A stretch of DNA of 64,000 nucleotides from the human T2T-CHM13v2.0 reference genome, Homo sapiens. Of this stretch, positions 1-13,639 are shown piece by piece. Position numbers and translations under genes: made by a program. The DNA is taken from assembly GCF_009914755.1 (NCBI RefSeq), contig NC_060930.1. The stretch is one strand, 5' to 3'. The notes under the pieces are model-generated. The model made no database searches. It saw only the letters and a program-made list of their open reading frames with translations, and was not told the DNA's origin. How positions within the stretch are numbered: the stretch's first letter is position 1; the number at the start of each line of letters is the position of its first letter.

Positions 1-145
1 CCACTCCCAGCTAATTTTTGTATTTTTAGTAGAGACGGGCTTCACCATGTTGACCAGGTTGGTCTGGAACTCCTGACCTCAGGTGATCCACCCACTTCAG
101 CCTACCAAATTGCTGAGATTACAGGCATGAGCCACCACTCCTGGC
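1..145 (-). mobile_element. Alu (S-type), left arm, cut by window edge
   Basis: Reverse Alu motifs gctaatttttgtatttttagtagagacggg...ttacaggcatgagccacc; paralogous Alu at ~55505-55816. Confidence 0.9.
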
Positions 146-293
146 CCACAAATCTTTAAAGTGGTATTTTTCAAAATGCACCTTGTGTGCCATTCCTGAT
201 TGATTGTTTGGAAATGAAAGAGAAAAGAAAATGCCAAAGTTCATCACAAGCATCCTTTGCGATAACTACTCGTAGTAAAACAAAGCCGCAGCT

Positions 294-677
<384 letters not shown>

Positions 678-1264
678 TCATTTGATCCTTGGCTAGTTGG
701 CAACTCTCTACATTTTCTGATACACAGTGTTCAATCTGGTAGGTAAGGCAATAGTATCTTGCAAAGAATTTGAGAATTTGATATGTTGCTCACATTTTAC
801 CACACATACAAGTGAATTAAACTTTTACAGAATAGAAAAAAAGCATTGTTGAGCAAAATAAATTAAATGAAAAGACATAAATGAATAACTAGTGATGAAA
901 TAGCAATAAGAATGGAAAACACGAAAGAGCTGCTTTTAAAGCAACATTAGAAGCACAAAATAACAGTGTTTTTCAGAATCATACTGGAGTCCAAATCACT
1001 TCTACCACATCTAATTAAAAACCACAGTGAAAGATGTTAAACTGATCACAGGATGCCCACTGAATAGCCAGTTACTGAAAAATCTTGTTCCTAGATTGAA
1101 TTTAACCATTTCCACCTACCACATCAAACCAAATCATTGTCATGATGCTAAGCCAGTTGTACAGACAAAGATGTGAGACTCACATTTTTCTAATTGCAAA
1201 GCACCCTGATTAGGCAAATATTTTTGTAGATGCTTGAGTCAGAAAATTGTCATTTTGGGCATTC

Positions 1265-2262
1265 TTTTTTTTTTTTTTTTTTTTTTTGCCTTCAAGCATC
1301 TGTTTAACAAAGCACATCTTGCACCGCCCTTAATCCATTTAACCCTGAGTGGACACAGCACATGTTTCAGAGAGCACGGGGTTGCGGGTAAGGTTATAGA
1401 TTAACAGCATCCCAAGGCAGAAGAATTTTTCTTAGTACAGAACAAAATGGAGTCTCCTATGTCTGCTTCTTTCTACACAGACACAGCAACAATCTGATTT
1501 CTCTGTCTTTTCCCCACATTTCCCCCCTTTCTATTCGACAAAACCGCCATCGTCATCATGGCCCCTTCTCAATGAGCTGTTGGGTACACCTCCCAGACGG
1601 GGTGGCGGCCGGGCAGAGGGGCTCCTCACTTCCCAGACGGGGTGGCCGGGCAGAGGCGCCCCCCACCTCCTGGACGAGGTGGCTGGCCGGGCGGGGGCTG
1701 CCCCCCACCTCCCTCCTGGACGGGGTGGCTGCCGGGCAGAGACACTCCTCACTTCCCAGACGGGGTGGCTGCTGGGCGGAGGGGCTCCTCACCTCTCAGA
1801 CGGGGCGGCCGGGGAGAGACGCTCCTTACCTCCCAGACGGGGTGGCTGCTGGGCGGAGGGGCTCCTCACATCCCAGACAGGGCGGCGGGGCAGAGGCGCT
1901 CCCCACATCTCAGATGATGGGCGGCCGGGCAGAGACGCTCCTCACTTCCTAGACCGGATGGCGGCCGGGCAGAGGCTGCGATCTTGGCACTTTGGGAGGC
2001 CAAGGCAGGCAGCTGGGAGGCAGAGGTTGTAGCGAGCCGAGATCACGCCACTGCACTCCAGCCTGGGCAACATTGAGCACTGAGTGAGAGAGACTCCGTC
2101 TGCAATCCCGGCACCTCAGGAGGCCAAGGCTGGCAGATCACTCCCAGTTAGGAGCTGGAGACCAGCCTGGCCAACACAGTGAAACCCCGTCTCCACCAAA
2201 AAAATACGAAAACCAGTCAGGCATGGTGGTGCGCGCCTGCAATCCCAGGCACTCTGCAGACT
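1265..2262 (-). mobile_element. SVA retrotransposon, 5'-truncated
   Basis: poly(T) 1265-1287, SINE-R (gccttcaagcatctgtttaacaaagcacatcttgcacc), GC-rich VNTR ~1580-1980 (ctcacttcccagacggggtggc units), Alu-like domain ~1980-2262; no CCCTCT hexamer, no TSD. Confidence 0.95.
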
Positions 2263-2276
2263 CTAAATTATTCAAC

Positions 2277-3932
2277 GCCTCAGACACTAACTTTCCAAGG
2301 AATAGGAGATTATCCCAGGTGCCTGTGGCCAGGAGGTGTCTGGGTTCTGTGCTCCCTTCCCCACCCCAGATGTCCTATCCATTCTCAGGATGGTCACATG
2401 GGTGCTGCTGGAGTGTCCCATGAGGAATGCAAAGTGCCTCAATTTTCTTACTCTTCCCTTCAGAATCCCAGAATACATGTGTGATCCACTACCCCATCTC
2501 GGACCATGAGGCCGCCCTGAGGTGCTGGGTCCCGGGCTTCTACCATGTGGAAATCACAGTGACCCAACTGTGGGATGGGGAGGACCAAATTTAGGACGCA
2601 GAGCTTGTGGGGACCAGACCTGCAGGGTATAGAACCTTCCAGAAGTGGGCAGCTGTGATGCTGTCTTCTAGAGACAAGTAGAGATACACATGCCATGTGC
2701 AGCAGGAGGCACTGCCAGAGCCCCTCACACTGAGATGGGCTAAGGAGATGAATGAGGGGCCATGTCTCTTCTCAGGGAAAGCAGGAGCCCTTCTGGAGGC
2801 CTTCAGCAGGGTCAGGGCTGAGGCCTGGGGGTCAGGACCCCTCACGTTCCCCTCCTTTCTTAGGGCCATCTTCCCAGCCCACATTCCTCATCATGGGCAT
2901 CGTTACCGTCCTGGTTGTTCTAGGTGCTGTGGTCACTGCTGTGATGTGGAAGAATAAGACCCCAGGTAGGAAAGGGGTGAGTTCCAAGATTTCTTCTTCC
3001 ATTCGTGGATTTCAAGCTCCAGATGGAAGTTGGCTCATTTCCTGCCTAGTTGTGAGACACCATCTCCACACACATTTACCCTGTTCAGATGCCCTGTCAA
3101 CTCTCACTCTTTTGTAAAGCACCTGTGAAATTGAAGGACAAATTTATCACCTTGATTGTGATCATGGGAACCTGACTCCCAGCAGTCACAAGTCAGGAGA
3201 ATGTTCCTGCTGAGGACAGATGTCAAAAGGACATTTGGTTCAGCTTCAACACATCCTCTTCCCTCGGGTTTTCTGATCCTGACCTGGGTCTGCAGTCACA
3301 GTTCTGGAAACTCCTCTAGGATCTCATGGCCCTGCCTCTTCCCTGGCCTCTCACAGTTTGTTTTCTTTCCTCATATGGAAAAGGAGTCAGCTATGCTCAG
3401 GCTTCAAGTAAGTGTGGTAGGGGTGGGAGAGTGATTCCTGAGATCCTTGGAATAGTGTAGACAGGAGCCCATGGGGGAGGTCACCACCCCACAATTCCTC
3501 CTTTAGTCACATCACCTGTGGGCTCTGACCAGACTTTGTTTTTGTTCCACCCCAAACAGGAACAGTACCCAGGGCTCTGATGTGTCTCTCAAGTCTTGTA
3601 AAAGTGACACCTTAGAGGGCCTGAAGTGAAGGAGGAGTTGGGGCAGATGGGACACAACTAGGCTCTAGAGAGTCTTTGATTTGGAATTTTTCAATGTGTG
3701 GTGGGCTGTTCAGTGTCACCACTTACCATGACTGACTTGAATTTGTTCACGACTATTTTCTTTCCAAGACTGCCTTGTGAGGGACTGAGATGCAAGATTT
3801 GTTCATGGCTCCACTTTGAGACTTCAAGGGCCTCTGTTTTCTCTTTCTGCCAAGGCATCTGAATGTGTCTATGTCCCTGGTAACATGTGAGAAGTGGAGA
3901 GACCAGCCCACCCTCATGTCCACCATGACCCC
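2277..3932 (+). pseudogene. HLA-T: HLA-T class I pseudogene fragment (intron 3 to 3'UTR)
   Basis: Exon 4 2464-2739 with in-frame TAG at 2592 and donor GT>CT; exon 5 2864-2965 (QPTFLIMGIVTVLVVLGAVVTAVMWKNK); degenerate exons 6-7; name inferred from position upstream of DDX39BP1/MCCD1P1 and HLA-K. Confidence 0.85.
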
Positions 3933-5277
3933 TGATATTGTTTGGATCTGTGTCCCCACCCAAATCTCATGCTCACTTGTAATCCCTAATGTTGGAGGTG
4001 GTGCTTGGTGGGACGTGATTGGCTCATGAGGATGGATGATTCATGAATGGTTTAGAATCATCTCTTTCATGCTGTTCTTGTGATAGTTCTTGGAGGCATT
4101 GTGCCACCTCCCTAGGGATCTGTGGAACTTTAAACTTGAGAGTGATGATTAAGGGTATCTGATGGAAGAAATTTCTCAGTAGCATAGAATTCAGGATTTG
4201 GTCTGGCTGCCTGTAATAGCCTATGTGCATATGTGTGAGCAAAGAAATGACCTGAAACTGGAACTGATATTTAAATGGGGAAATTTAATACCCAGGAAAA
4301 TTCTTAGCGGAGCTGCAGCAACAGGACCCCTGCCAGGACTACTAAATGGTAGAGCCACTGGCTATGTGCAACCTCAGCCTGGAAAAGCCATAGGCATTCA
4401 ATTTTCTCCCATGACAGCAGCTATATGGGTTATGTTCAGCAAAGCCATAAATGTGGAGCTGCAAATGGCATTAGGAGCCCAGCAGTTGCACCAGCCACTG
4501 TGCTCTGGATTCAAAATATAGAGTCAAAGGAGATTCTTTTAGACCTTTAAGTTTTAATGTCTGCCATGATGAGTTTCAATCTTATGAGGAAACTGCATTC
4601 ATTTCTTTTGGCCCATTTATATACCTTTTGGAATGGAAATGTACAAGAAATGTCTCTTCCACTGTTTTATTAATATTTTAGATGCAAATAACATTTTTTA
4701 AAAAATTTTACAGGCTCAAAGCTATAAGAATTTACCTTGCGTCTCAGATGAGACTCTAGAATTTTGAGTTGATGCTGGAACAACCTAACACATTTGGGAC
4801 AATTGGGAGTAGATTATTATATTTTGCAATGTGAGAAGAACATGACCTTTGGCTGGCTAGGGAGGGGATGCAATGATATAAACATTTATCCCCTGATACC
4901 TCATGTTAAAATCTAACGCCCACTGTGGGACTTGGGGCCTAATGGCCACCATTTGGGTCATGGTGACCAATCTTTTATGAATCGAGAGATACTGCCCTCT
5001 CTCGGGAATGAATGAATTGTTGCTCTATTATTTTCCAAGAGAGCTAGTTGTTAAAAAGACCCTGGCAACTTCCTACTCTCTGTGTTCCTCTGTTACCATG
5101 TGATCTCTGCATATACCAGCTCCCCTTTGTCTTCTGCCATGAGTGGAAGCAGCCTGAGGCCCTCACTAAATGCGCAAACATTTCCAGACATCAGAATCTT
5201 GAGCCACATGAACCTCGTTTATATAAATTAGTCAGTCTCAGACATTTCTTTATAGCAACACAAAATGGAAAAAGATA
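3933..5277 (+). mobile_element. MaLR MST element (partial LTR, internal, LTR) inserted in HLA-T 3'UTR
   Basis: tgatattgtttggatctgtgtccccacccaaatctcatg LTR start; MST/THE1-int motifs; LTR end tttatagcaacacaaaatgg; same insertion at 62790 in HLA-W. Confidence 0.8.
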
Positions 5278-5289
5278 ACCCTCGCATCA

Positions 5290-6750
5290 CAGGTATGTGT
5301 CTCTGGCAGCTAGCCACCGTTCTTAAGATATCCAGGATCCACTCAGCCAAGAGTCTTCTCATCAGTACTCTAAAGACACTCTTATCACTCAAGAGAGTCT
5401 AAGGTTTTTAGGAGAAACCAGGGACAAAGACTAAATGTTTTTGTGATAACTCAGATTGCCCACTTTTCTTTGACCACATATCTTTTACAGGAAAAAGGAT
5501 TGTAACAGTAAAGAGGTATTGGCATATTATCAGAGTCTCATCCATTCATTCAAAATTAGGCCAGTTTATCATCCTCTTGTATGAATATGTCTCCCAGAAT
5601 GAAATCACTCAGCTTTGCTGACAACACTCAATCTTACCAGGTTCCAAAAACAAGGATGGTCTCAGGGACATACAGCTTCACTCTTTTAGGCATCCCGTAT
5701 AATTGACCTAAGTGACAATATCTTCTCTTGCTCACACCACCTTTGAGGAGTTAAGCTAATATTGAATTTTTCTCATTATATAACCCTTTGATTTATTCAC
5801 TTACCCTCAGCCACTATTCCTCCCTCTGTCCCTTTATATCAGTTGTTTCCAGGTTTGGGAGTGACATTAGGTTTGTCTGCTGGGCTGGCCTAGACTGCAG
5901 GCAGCAATAGTATTCTAGCATGTCTTCCCTCAGTCTAGTCTTGATCATAGAGGGTAGGTTATATAGGTAAGGAACTAGTGGGGGCTATCAGACCACCAGG
6001 CTATATAACTCTACTTACTGTTAATCCTAACTTTTCAGATGAAATGAATACTTGAGAATTCTTACATAAAGGTGTAAAAATATAGTTATGGTTTTTCGCT
6101 TAGGGATAATTCCTGTTTCTGGCACTTTTATTTACATCCCTATTCCTGGTACTATGGCATAACATATGAAAAAATAAATTTGAGGTGAAGTGTAGTCTTT
6201 ATTCCAGCATCCTCTCCCCTTCAGAAGAATTGTATGTATCGTCGTAACAGCATCGTCCTGATCCATCAGGTAAAAGAGAGGATGCTACCTAGTGGAGTTA
6301 TTCTTGCAGCCCCACTCATGTTGACAGCGAGCACATTCATGAAGATATAAAAGCCAGTCCTTCATGTTTATATTGCCCAACAATTAGATTGGCAGTTTTT
6401 AGACAAACAATGTTTCAATTGACCATTTCAATTTTCTATCAAATTTTCCCCTGAGGAGGACATGTCCCTCTGCATTGTTGGCCGTTTGAGGCTGTCAAGT
6501 GTGTTTTCTTGTGTAAAGTAGTGTGACTCGGCAGTCCAAATTGGTGCAACCTCTTCTTTTCTGGTCCTTGTATAGCCCTTGAAGCATTGACATCTACCCC
6601 TGGTTGAGCATAGCCCAATCCAGAGTCAGTGATTTTCCTGTCAAGATCCATTGGCAGCTCCTTTGGGGTTGCTGGCATCATTCTGGCTTGCCAGGTATTA
6701 TGATCAAAGCCTTCCCACTAGAGAATCTGTCACATCTCCATCTGCTGCCT
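5290..6750 (-). mobile_element. Ancient ERVL-class internal remnant (integrase-like)
   Basis: Minus ORF 6439-6681 has degenerate integrase-core-like words (DSGLGYA.P.VD.NA, QFGLPSH, THLTA). Confidence 0.45.
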
Positions 6751-8083
6751 CTGTCTGTTTTCTTGACCAACAGTGAAAAAAGAGATTATGAGAAATAAGA
6801 TAAATTACCAAAATTGTGAACAAAAGAGATTATCACTAATGACCCTTAGGAAGTTAAAAAACATTATAAGTGAATACTCTGAAAAACCTGAAGCCAATAA
6901 GTTAGACCACTTAGATAAAAAGGACCAATTCGTGCAGAGATAGAAATTGCCAAAACTGACCCAAATTAACTGGAAAACCTGAAGAGAACTGTGAACTAAG
7001 TCAGAAATTGAAAAACCTTCTCAAAAAGAAATGCCAAAGCCCAGATATCTTCACTGGTGAATTCTATCAAATATTTTGAAAGCTCTTTCAGACAAGAAGA
7101 GAGGAGGGAAGACTTTCCAGCCCATTTACAGAACTGGCATTACCCTCATATCAAAGTCACAGCAAGACTCACAGGAAAAGAGTGCCATACACCAGTGTCA
7201 CCAATAAACATAAATGAAAACATCCTTAACAAACATTGGCAGATAATACAAAGCCACATAAAAACGGATTACACTCCATGACCAATGGGATTCATCCCAG
7301 GAACATATGGTTGGATTAACATTTGAAAATCAATTCATGGAATGCACTGTATTAATGGAAAAAAAGACATAATTATCTCAAAAGATGCAGAAGAAACAGT
7401 TGACAAAAATGTTAACATCACTCATGTTCATAAGTTTCAACAAAATAGGAATGGAGGAGACCTTCTTCACTCTGATAAAGGGCATCTATAAAAAACCCAC
7501 AGCTAAAATCAAACTTAATGAAGAAAGACTGAAGACTGAATGCTTTTCTCCTAAGATGGGGATCAATGCAAGGATGTCCAATCCCACCACTTTTATTTAA
7601 TATTATACTGGAGATTGTAGCCAGTGCAATAAGGCAGAAAATTAAAAATTAAAGGCATCCAGATAAAAAGGAAAACATACAATTCTATTCACAGATAACA
7701 TGACCCTGTCTGTAGAATTCACAAGCAGATAAAAACTGGCTAGCACTAATAAATGAATCCAGAAGGGCCCATAGGATATCAAATCAATATAAAAATTAAT
7801 TATTAACATATTTCTCTATAGAAGCAATGAAAATCTCAACTTTCCTATCACAGTAGTTACCAGAAGAGCGAAATAGGAATAAATTTAGGAAGACAGCAGT
7901 GTTTGTTCACTGAAAATAAAAAAACATTCCTCAGAGAAATTAAAGGTCTAAATAAATGGAGAGATGCGAGTTGGAAAGCTCGATAATACTGTTAAGATGG
8001 CAATTCTCCCCCAGTAGATCTATAGGTTCAACACAATCCCTATCAAAATCCCAGCAGGGATTTTATAGAAAATTGACAAAATA

Positions 8084-8553
<470 letters not shown>

Positions 8554-9214
8554 TTACTTTCTTTGTCAATTGATTTTCAATGAAGTTGCATAGGTAACAC
8601 AATGTTACATTTAACACCATATAAAATATCAGCTCAAACAAATTAGAAACCTAAACAGCTAAAATTTATGAGTTAAAACTATAAAATTTCTAAAAGAAAA
8701 CACAGGAGAAAATTTTTATTACTTTGGGTAGTTAGGCAAAGGATTCTTAGATAAAATACCAAAAGCATGATCTACAAATAAAAAAAAAAGAGAGAGAGAA
8801 ATTGGGCTTAGTTAAAATTTAAAACTTGAGTGCTCCAAAAGACATTGAGAGAATGAGAAGACAAGCCATAGACAGGGAGAAAATATTTCACAATTTATCA
8901 CAAATTACATTTGTGTTGAAGAACATGTTTCCAGAATAATGTGGCAAGTTCTTAAACTCAATGTGTAAGAAGATGAGCAACTCAACTGAAAATGAGCAAA
9001 ACACACAAATATGCTCAACTGACATTTACAAAAGCACAAACACAATTCAATGAAGGAAGGAGAGCTTTCCCAACAAATGGTGCTGGAGCAACTGGACAAC
9101 CACAGTGGAAAAAAAATAGGCTGAGCCCAAACCTCACGCTTTATACAAAAAAAAAAAACTCAAAATGAATCACAGGCTTTAATGTAAAACACACAGTTAA
9201 AATTACAAACATTG

Positions 9215-9315
9215 AGCCAGGTGTGGTGTCACAGGCCTGTACTCTCACCTACTCAGGAGACTGAGGTGGGAGGATCCCTTGAGCCCAGGAGTTCAAGGCC
9301 AGCCTAGGCAAGATT
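9215..9315 (+). mobile_element. Alu monomer fragment (FLAM/AluJ-like)
   Basis: gccaggtgtggtg...gagcccaggagttcaaggccagcctaggcaa. Confidence 0.7.
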
Positions 9316-10666
9316 TTTTTTTAAATAAATAACAAATACATTAAAAAATTAAAATTACAAATCTTTTAACAAAAAGCCATCAGAACTAAGACTAGACAAA
9401 GAGTTCTTACACATAACACCAAAAGTATGATCTGTAAAAGAAAAAGTTACTAAACTGGATCTTATCAAAATTAAAACTGTTGCTCTGTGAGAGACCTATG
9501 AAGAGCATAAAAAGACAAGCTACAGAATGAGAGAAGATATTTGCAAATCACATATTCAATAAAGACTTGCATTCACAATATATGAAGAAATGTAAAAACT
9601 CAACAGTAAAAATGAAATCCAAATAAACAATAGGCAATGAGCAAGACATGAACAGACGTTTCACTGAAGAGGATAAACACCAGGCTAACAAGCAGATGAA
9701 AAGACACTCAACATCACTATCCAGTAGGAAAATACAAATTAAAACTGCAGTGATGAGAATGGCTGAAATACAAAATAAAGGTAGCAACAGATGCTGGCAA
9801 GGTTACAGAGAAACTGGATCATTCATATTGCTGGTAGGAATGGATTTTAAAATGGTACAGCCACTCTGGAAATGGATATTGCAGTTTTCTTCAAACTGAA
9901 CATGCAATTTACCATATGACTAGAAATTGCCCTCCTAGGCACTTATTTCAAACAAGGGAAAACTTTATGTTCATGAAAAACCTGTATACAAATACTCTTG
10001 CAGCTTTATTCATAATACTCCTGGAAGTAATTATTCATAATTACTTCCATAAACTGGAAATAATGCAATTGTCTTTCAGTGGGTGAAGGAGATCTGCTGG
10101 TTGAACTCATAACTGAGTCTACACAAGTGCCCTTTCTCAAGACTACTATCCTGCTTCTCTTTGCATATCTCCCATTTTCTCACAAAGAATATTAAAGACA
10201 TGTACTCAAGGATCAAAATTTAATGAACATAAATATTTTACTGCTCCATCAAAGGCATTCTTAAATGGGACTGCAGTTTGGAGCCACTGCCTTGGTTCTG
10301 CTAAGGTGCTGGGTGTGCTACCGACCTTGGCATTTGCAGCATTAATGGAAAAGTCAACATAATGAAACAGGCAAATGGCATCTTGGTATTACTGTGAAAA
10401 CAGGTTTCCCTCCAGGACTCTCTGAAGGCAGCTCAGGGGGCCACACTTTCAAAATGGCAGAGATCAATTATAGTTCCTAGTGAGACCCAACCCCTAGCCT
10501 ATTCAGATTCAGCACTCTCTCTCGCTCTTTTTTTTCCCTCATTCTTCCAACTTATAATTGTATATATTTTCAAATGTGCAAAGAAGCTGAAAGAATAGTG
10601 CAGTAAAATTCAAGTTATCACTCTGATATATCTGATTAATATCTCTTTATATGCATGAAAGCAGCG

Positions 10667-10880
10667 TGTGGAATGATAGACAATAGAGACCCAGAAGGGT
10701 AAGAGTGGTTGGCAGTGGGTGTATCGTAGAGGAGTTTCTTGTTGGGGTCAATGTATCTGTCTCCAGTGGTGGATGCACTGAAGGCCCTGACTTTACCACA
10801 ACTCAATATAGCAATGTAGCAAAACTGCACCTGTGCCCCATGAATATATACGAATTTAAAAATTTAAAAATAAAATAACA
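10667..10880 (+). mobile_element. L1MA 3' end fragment
   Basis: gtggaatgatagacaatagagac...caaaactgcacctgtgcccc followed by A-rich tail. Confidence 0.65.
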
Positions 10881-11412
10881 TCTCTCTTTGTAGATACAGG
10901 TAGACATGTTTGCATAGCATGTGTGTGAATGTGTGTGTATGTGTGTGTAGAGAGGCAGCAGGAATGAAGAGATTAAGATTTTGTGACTGAGCCATTCTAA
11001 AGTAACAAACATAAAACACGCATGGATAAATGTCTATGTGACAACAAACCTGAATATAAACATGAAAGAACATGTCTATAAACATATCTCTGGCTAGATA
11101 ACCTATGAAAGAATTCCCTACCCCAGCTCCCTTACTGGTTACCCTGCGAACACAGGCAGGCAGGGAACAGGACCCAACTAGGTTCCCTCATCCTCTTGCT
11201 TCCAGGCAGGTCCTGCATCCACTCCTGCTGCACAGAGGGCTCCCATCTCTGCCTTGGTCGGTTTCACAGGTGCTCCCCTAACTCTCTCTGCCACCACTGC
11301 CTTACCTGGGTGGAGCTGAGGCTGCCTTGACCAAGAACAGCACCACCCATCTGTGTGCCCCAAGACCAGGAAGTTAGGAGGAACCACGCAACAGAGTCAA
11401 TAACTATCCCAC

Positions 11413-11689
11413 CTCCCCAGTCAGTCTGAACTGATGGCGGGAGATGCTGATGCTTGCTTATCCTCATTCCCCGTTTATTTATTCTTCGTTAATTCAGTCC
11501 AAACTCCCCTCAGTCTGAACTGATGGCGGGAGATGCTGATGCTTGCTTATACTCATTCCCTGTTTATTTATTCTTCATTAATTCAATCCAAACTCCCCTC
11601 AGTCTGAACTGATGGTGGGAGATGCTGATGCTTGCTTATCCTCATTCCCCGTTTATTTATTCTTCATTAATTCAATCCAATCTCCCCAG
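11413..11689. repeat. 89-bp tandem repeat x3
   Basis: cagtctgaactgatggcgggagatgctgatgcttgctta... recurs at 11422, 11511, 11600 (period 89). Confidence 0.95.
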
Positions 11690-12409
11690 CAGTCACTTCA
11701 CCCAGGAAGCAGACTGACCTCTGCTCTTCATAATCAGGAAACCCCAAAGCACTCTCCATCACCTCCCTGATATCACCCTTCAGCTCTACATCATCACATG
11801 TGGGCTCTAACTCTGAAGGCAGGTGTCCTCCCACAGGGTCAACCCCTGAACATTGGCCCCAGATGTCTCCCCATCTCTTCCCAGCCCTTTCAGTACTGCT
11901 GTGAATCTGTCCCTCACTGAGAACTGGCGGGGCGATGTGGGGGAGGAGGGGAAATTTCTTGGTGCTGTGTCAAAGCATCAAGACAGACCTCTCCTTCTCT
12001 CCTGAACCTCACACTCTATCTCTTCCCAGACACTTGAAATAAAACGCAGACCAGAAATGTCTATTTAAGAGTCAACACAATTTCTTTTTCTAGACAAGTT
12101 TCTCTTATTCTCAGGGCTCAGCTATGACTGTGGGTGACCAAACAACTATTCACAAAGGACAGAACTCGCTTCAATGCCAGCTTATGAATCCACACCTTGC
12201 CACCTGCAGAGGTGGAAAAAGGCACCTAAATCCTCGATCCTATAGTTCTTCCTGCCCTTAACTCCTCACACACATCTGGACACTTGGAGAGTGTGGAGGG
12301 CACCCAGGGTGCAGGGTGGCAGTGGAGGCCTTGGGAAAACTGGCCAGGAAGCCAAGATATGCACCTCAGGTGACTAAATTTTTTTACTGTTCTGCACTTG
12401 CTGGAGAAT

Positions 12410-13340
12410 GACCCCAAAAGATAAGATCAATTTGTTGACTACCAACTTATTTGGCTGAGCCATGGACATGGAGCAGATGAGCATTGCCTTTACCTATGAC
12501 ATGCATGAGGATTCTGAGACCTACCTGCAGCAGTTAAGCCCCACACCCAGAGGGACACCCACTCTCCCACCTCCTTACTTTCTGTATCTTTTCACACTTT
12601 ACATCCTCATCCTTCCCTCTGAGAGTCTTCCCTCTTTGGGTCTTCTAGTCCTATCCTACCCTCTATCCCCTTCCAGGTGGCACAGGGCTTGACCATCACA
12701 TTTGTGTCAGGTGACAATAATGCCAGGATCCTCAGTATGGGCAGCATCGCTTTGAGGTCAGTGATAGTGAGCTGCCTGATGAGACAGACATCTCCTCCAC
12801 AGTGAGTGCTGATGTCATGAAGCCCTTTAGTTCTTCCTAGTTCCTTAATATGTTTGTCTTCAATCCTGTCATGGGCACCTGATGCATAATGGACACTTGG
12901 CTGCTTCATGCACCCTGGTCTTTGATGCCGTGTTGGGATGTTTTTCTGACCGTTATGTGGGGTATCTGTTTTCTTTCATCATATTACATCTCTTCCCCCA
13001 CTCCCAAGTCTGTCCTCTGAACCCACACAGTACACCAGCATCTGCATGTGTGCCGTGTGCTCCTGCCTCACTTTTTCCTTTTCATGCCTTATTCTCACCA
13101 GGCCACATTTTCCCCTTAGTTGAACAGACACAGTAGGGGACTAGCCCATTCTGGCATGTGACCACGCTTCAGGAGGAGACTGCAGGTTGGGGGTGAAGGA
13201 GACTCTACTGACCCCACCCCTGACATCCTCTTCCCCCACCCCCTGGCTTCTGTCCTCTGCCTCAGCACCACTCCTGAACCCCCATTCCTGATTGTCAGAA
13301 TTTTTAACATAACTAAAAATGAAACACAAGTGCATCTGCA
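12410..13340 (+). pseudogene. DDX39BP1: DDX39B (BAT1/UAP56) unprocessed pseudogene fragment, last three exons
   Basis: MDMEQMSIAFTYDMHEDSETYLQ (cf. [23 protein letters not shown]); exon 12677-12801 with ag/gtgagt; last exon from 13120 ending EQTQ-TAG 13136 (cf. IEQTR*); introns retained. Confidence 0.88.
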
Positions 13341-13639
13341 TTATGTGTGGGTGCTCTCTCCCTTTATTTTATTTGGGGTGAGGTTATTTTAGGGCATGGC
13401 CCAGGGTAAATTCCTGTAAGGCCTTGGTGCCCTGCTGTGAGGTCAAAGAGGGATGGGACTAAGACTGCAGAGCCCTGGCTCCCCCACTACCTGCCAATTG
13501 CCAGCCCTTTGTGGGGTCTCTTCTGCTTTCTCTGGCCTGGGAGATGCTGGGGTGTTTCTGATCCTGGGGCTCCTGGGGGTGGTGCACATTAGTTCCAGGC
13601 ATGGAGGGTGCTGTGGGCACTGCTGGGAAGCTTGGGTGT

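Noticed and set aside
1531-2032. Six overlapping 70-150 aa ORFs
   Set aside because: Artefact of the GC-rich SVA VNTR; repetitive peptides
11413-11689. Possible CRISPR-like array
   Set aside because: Head-to-tail repeat with no unique spacers, in human DNA
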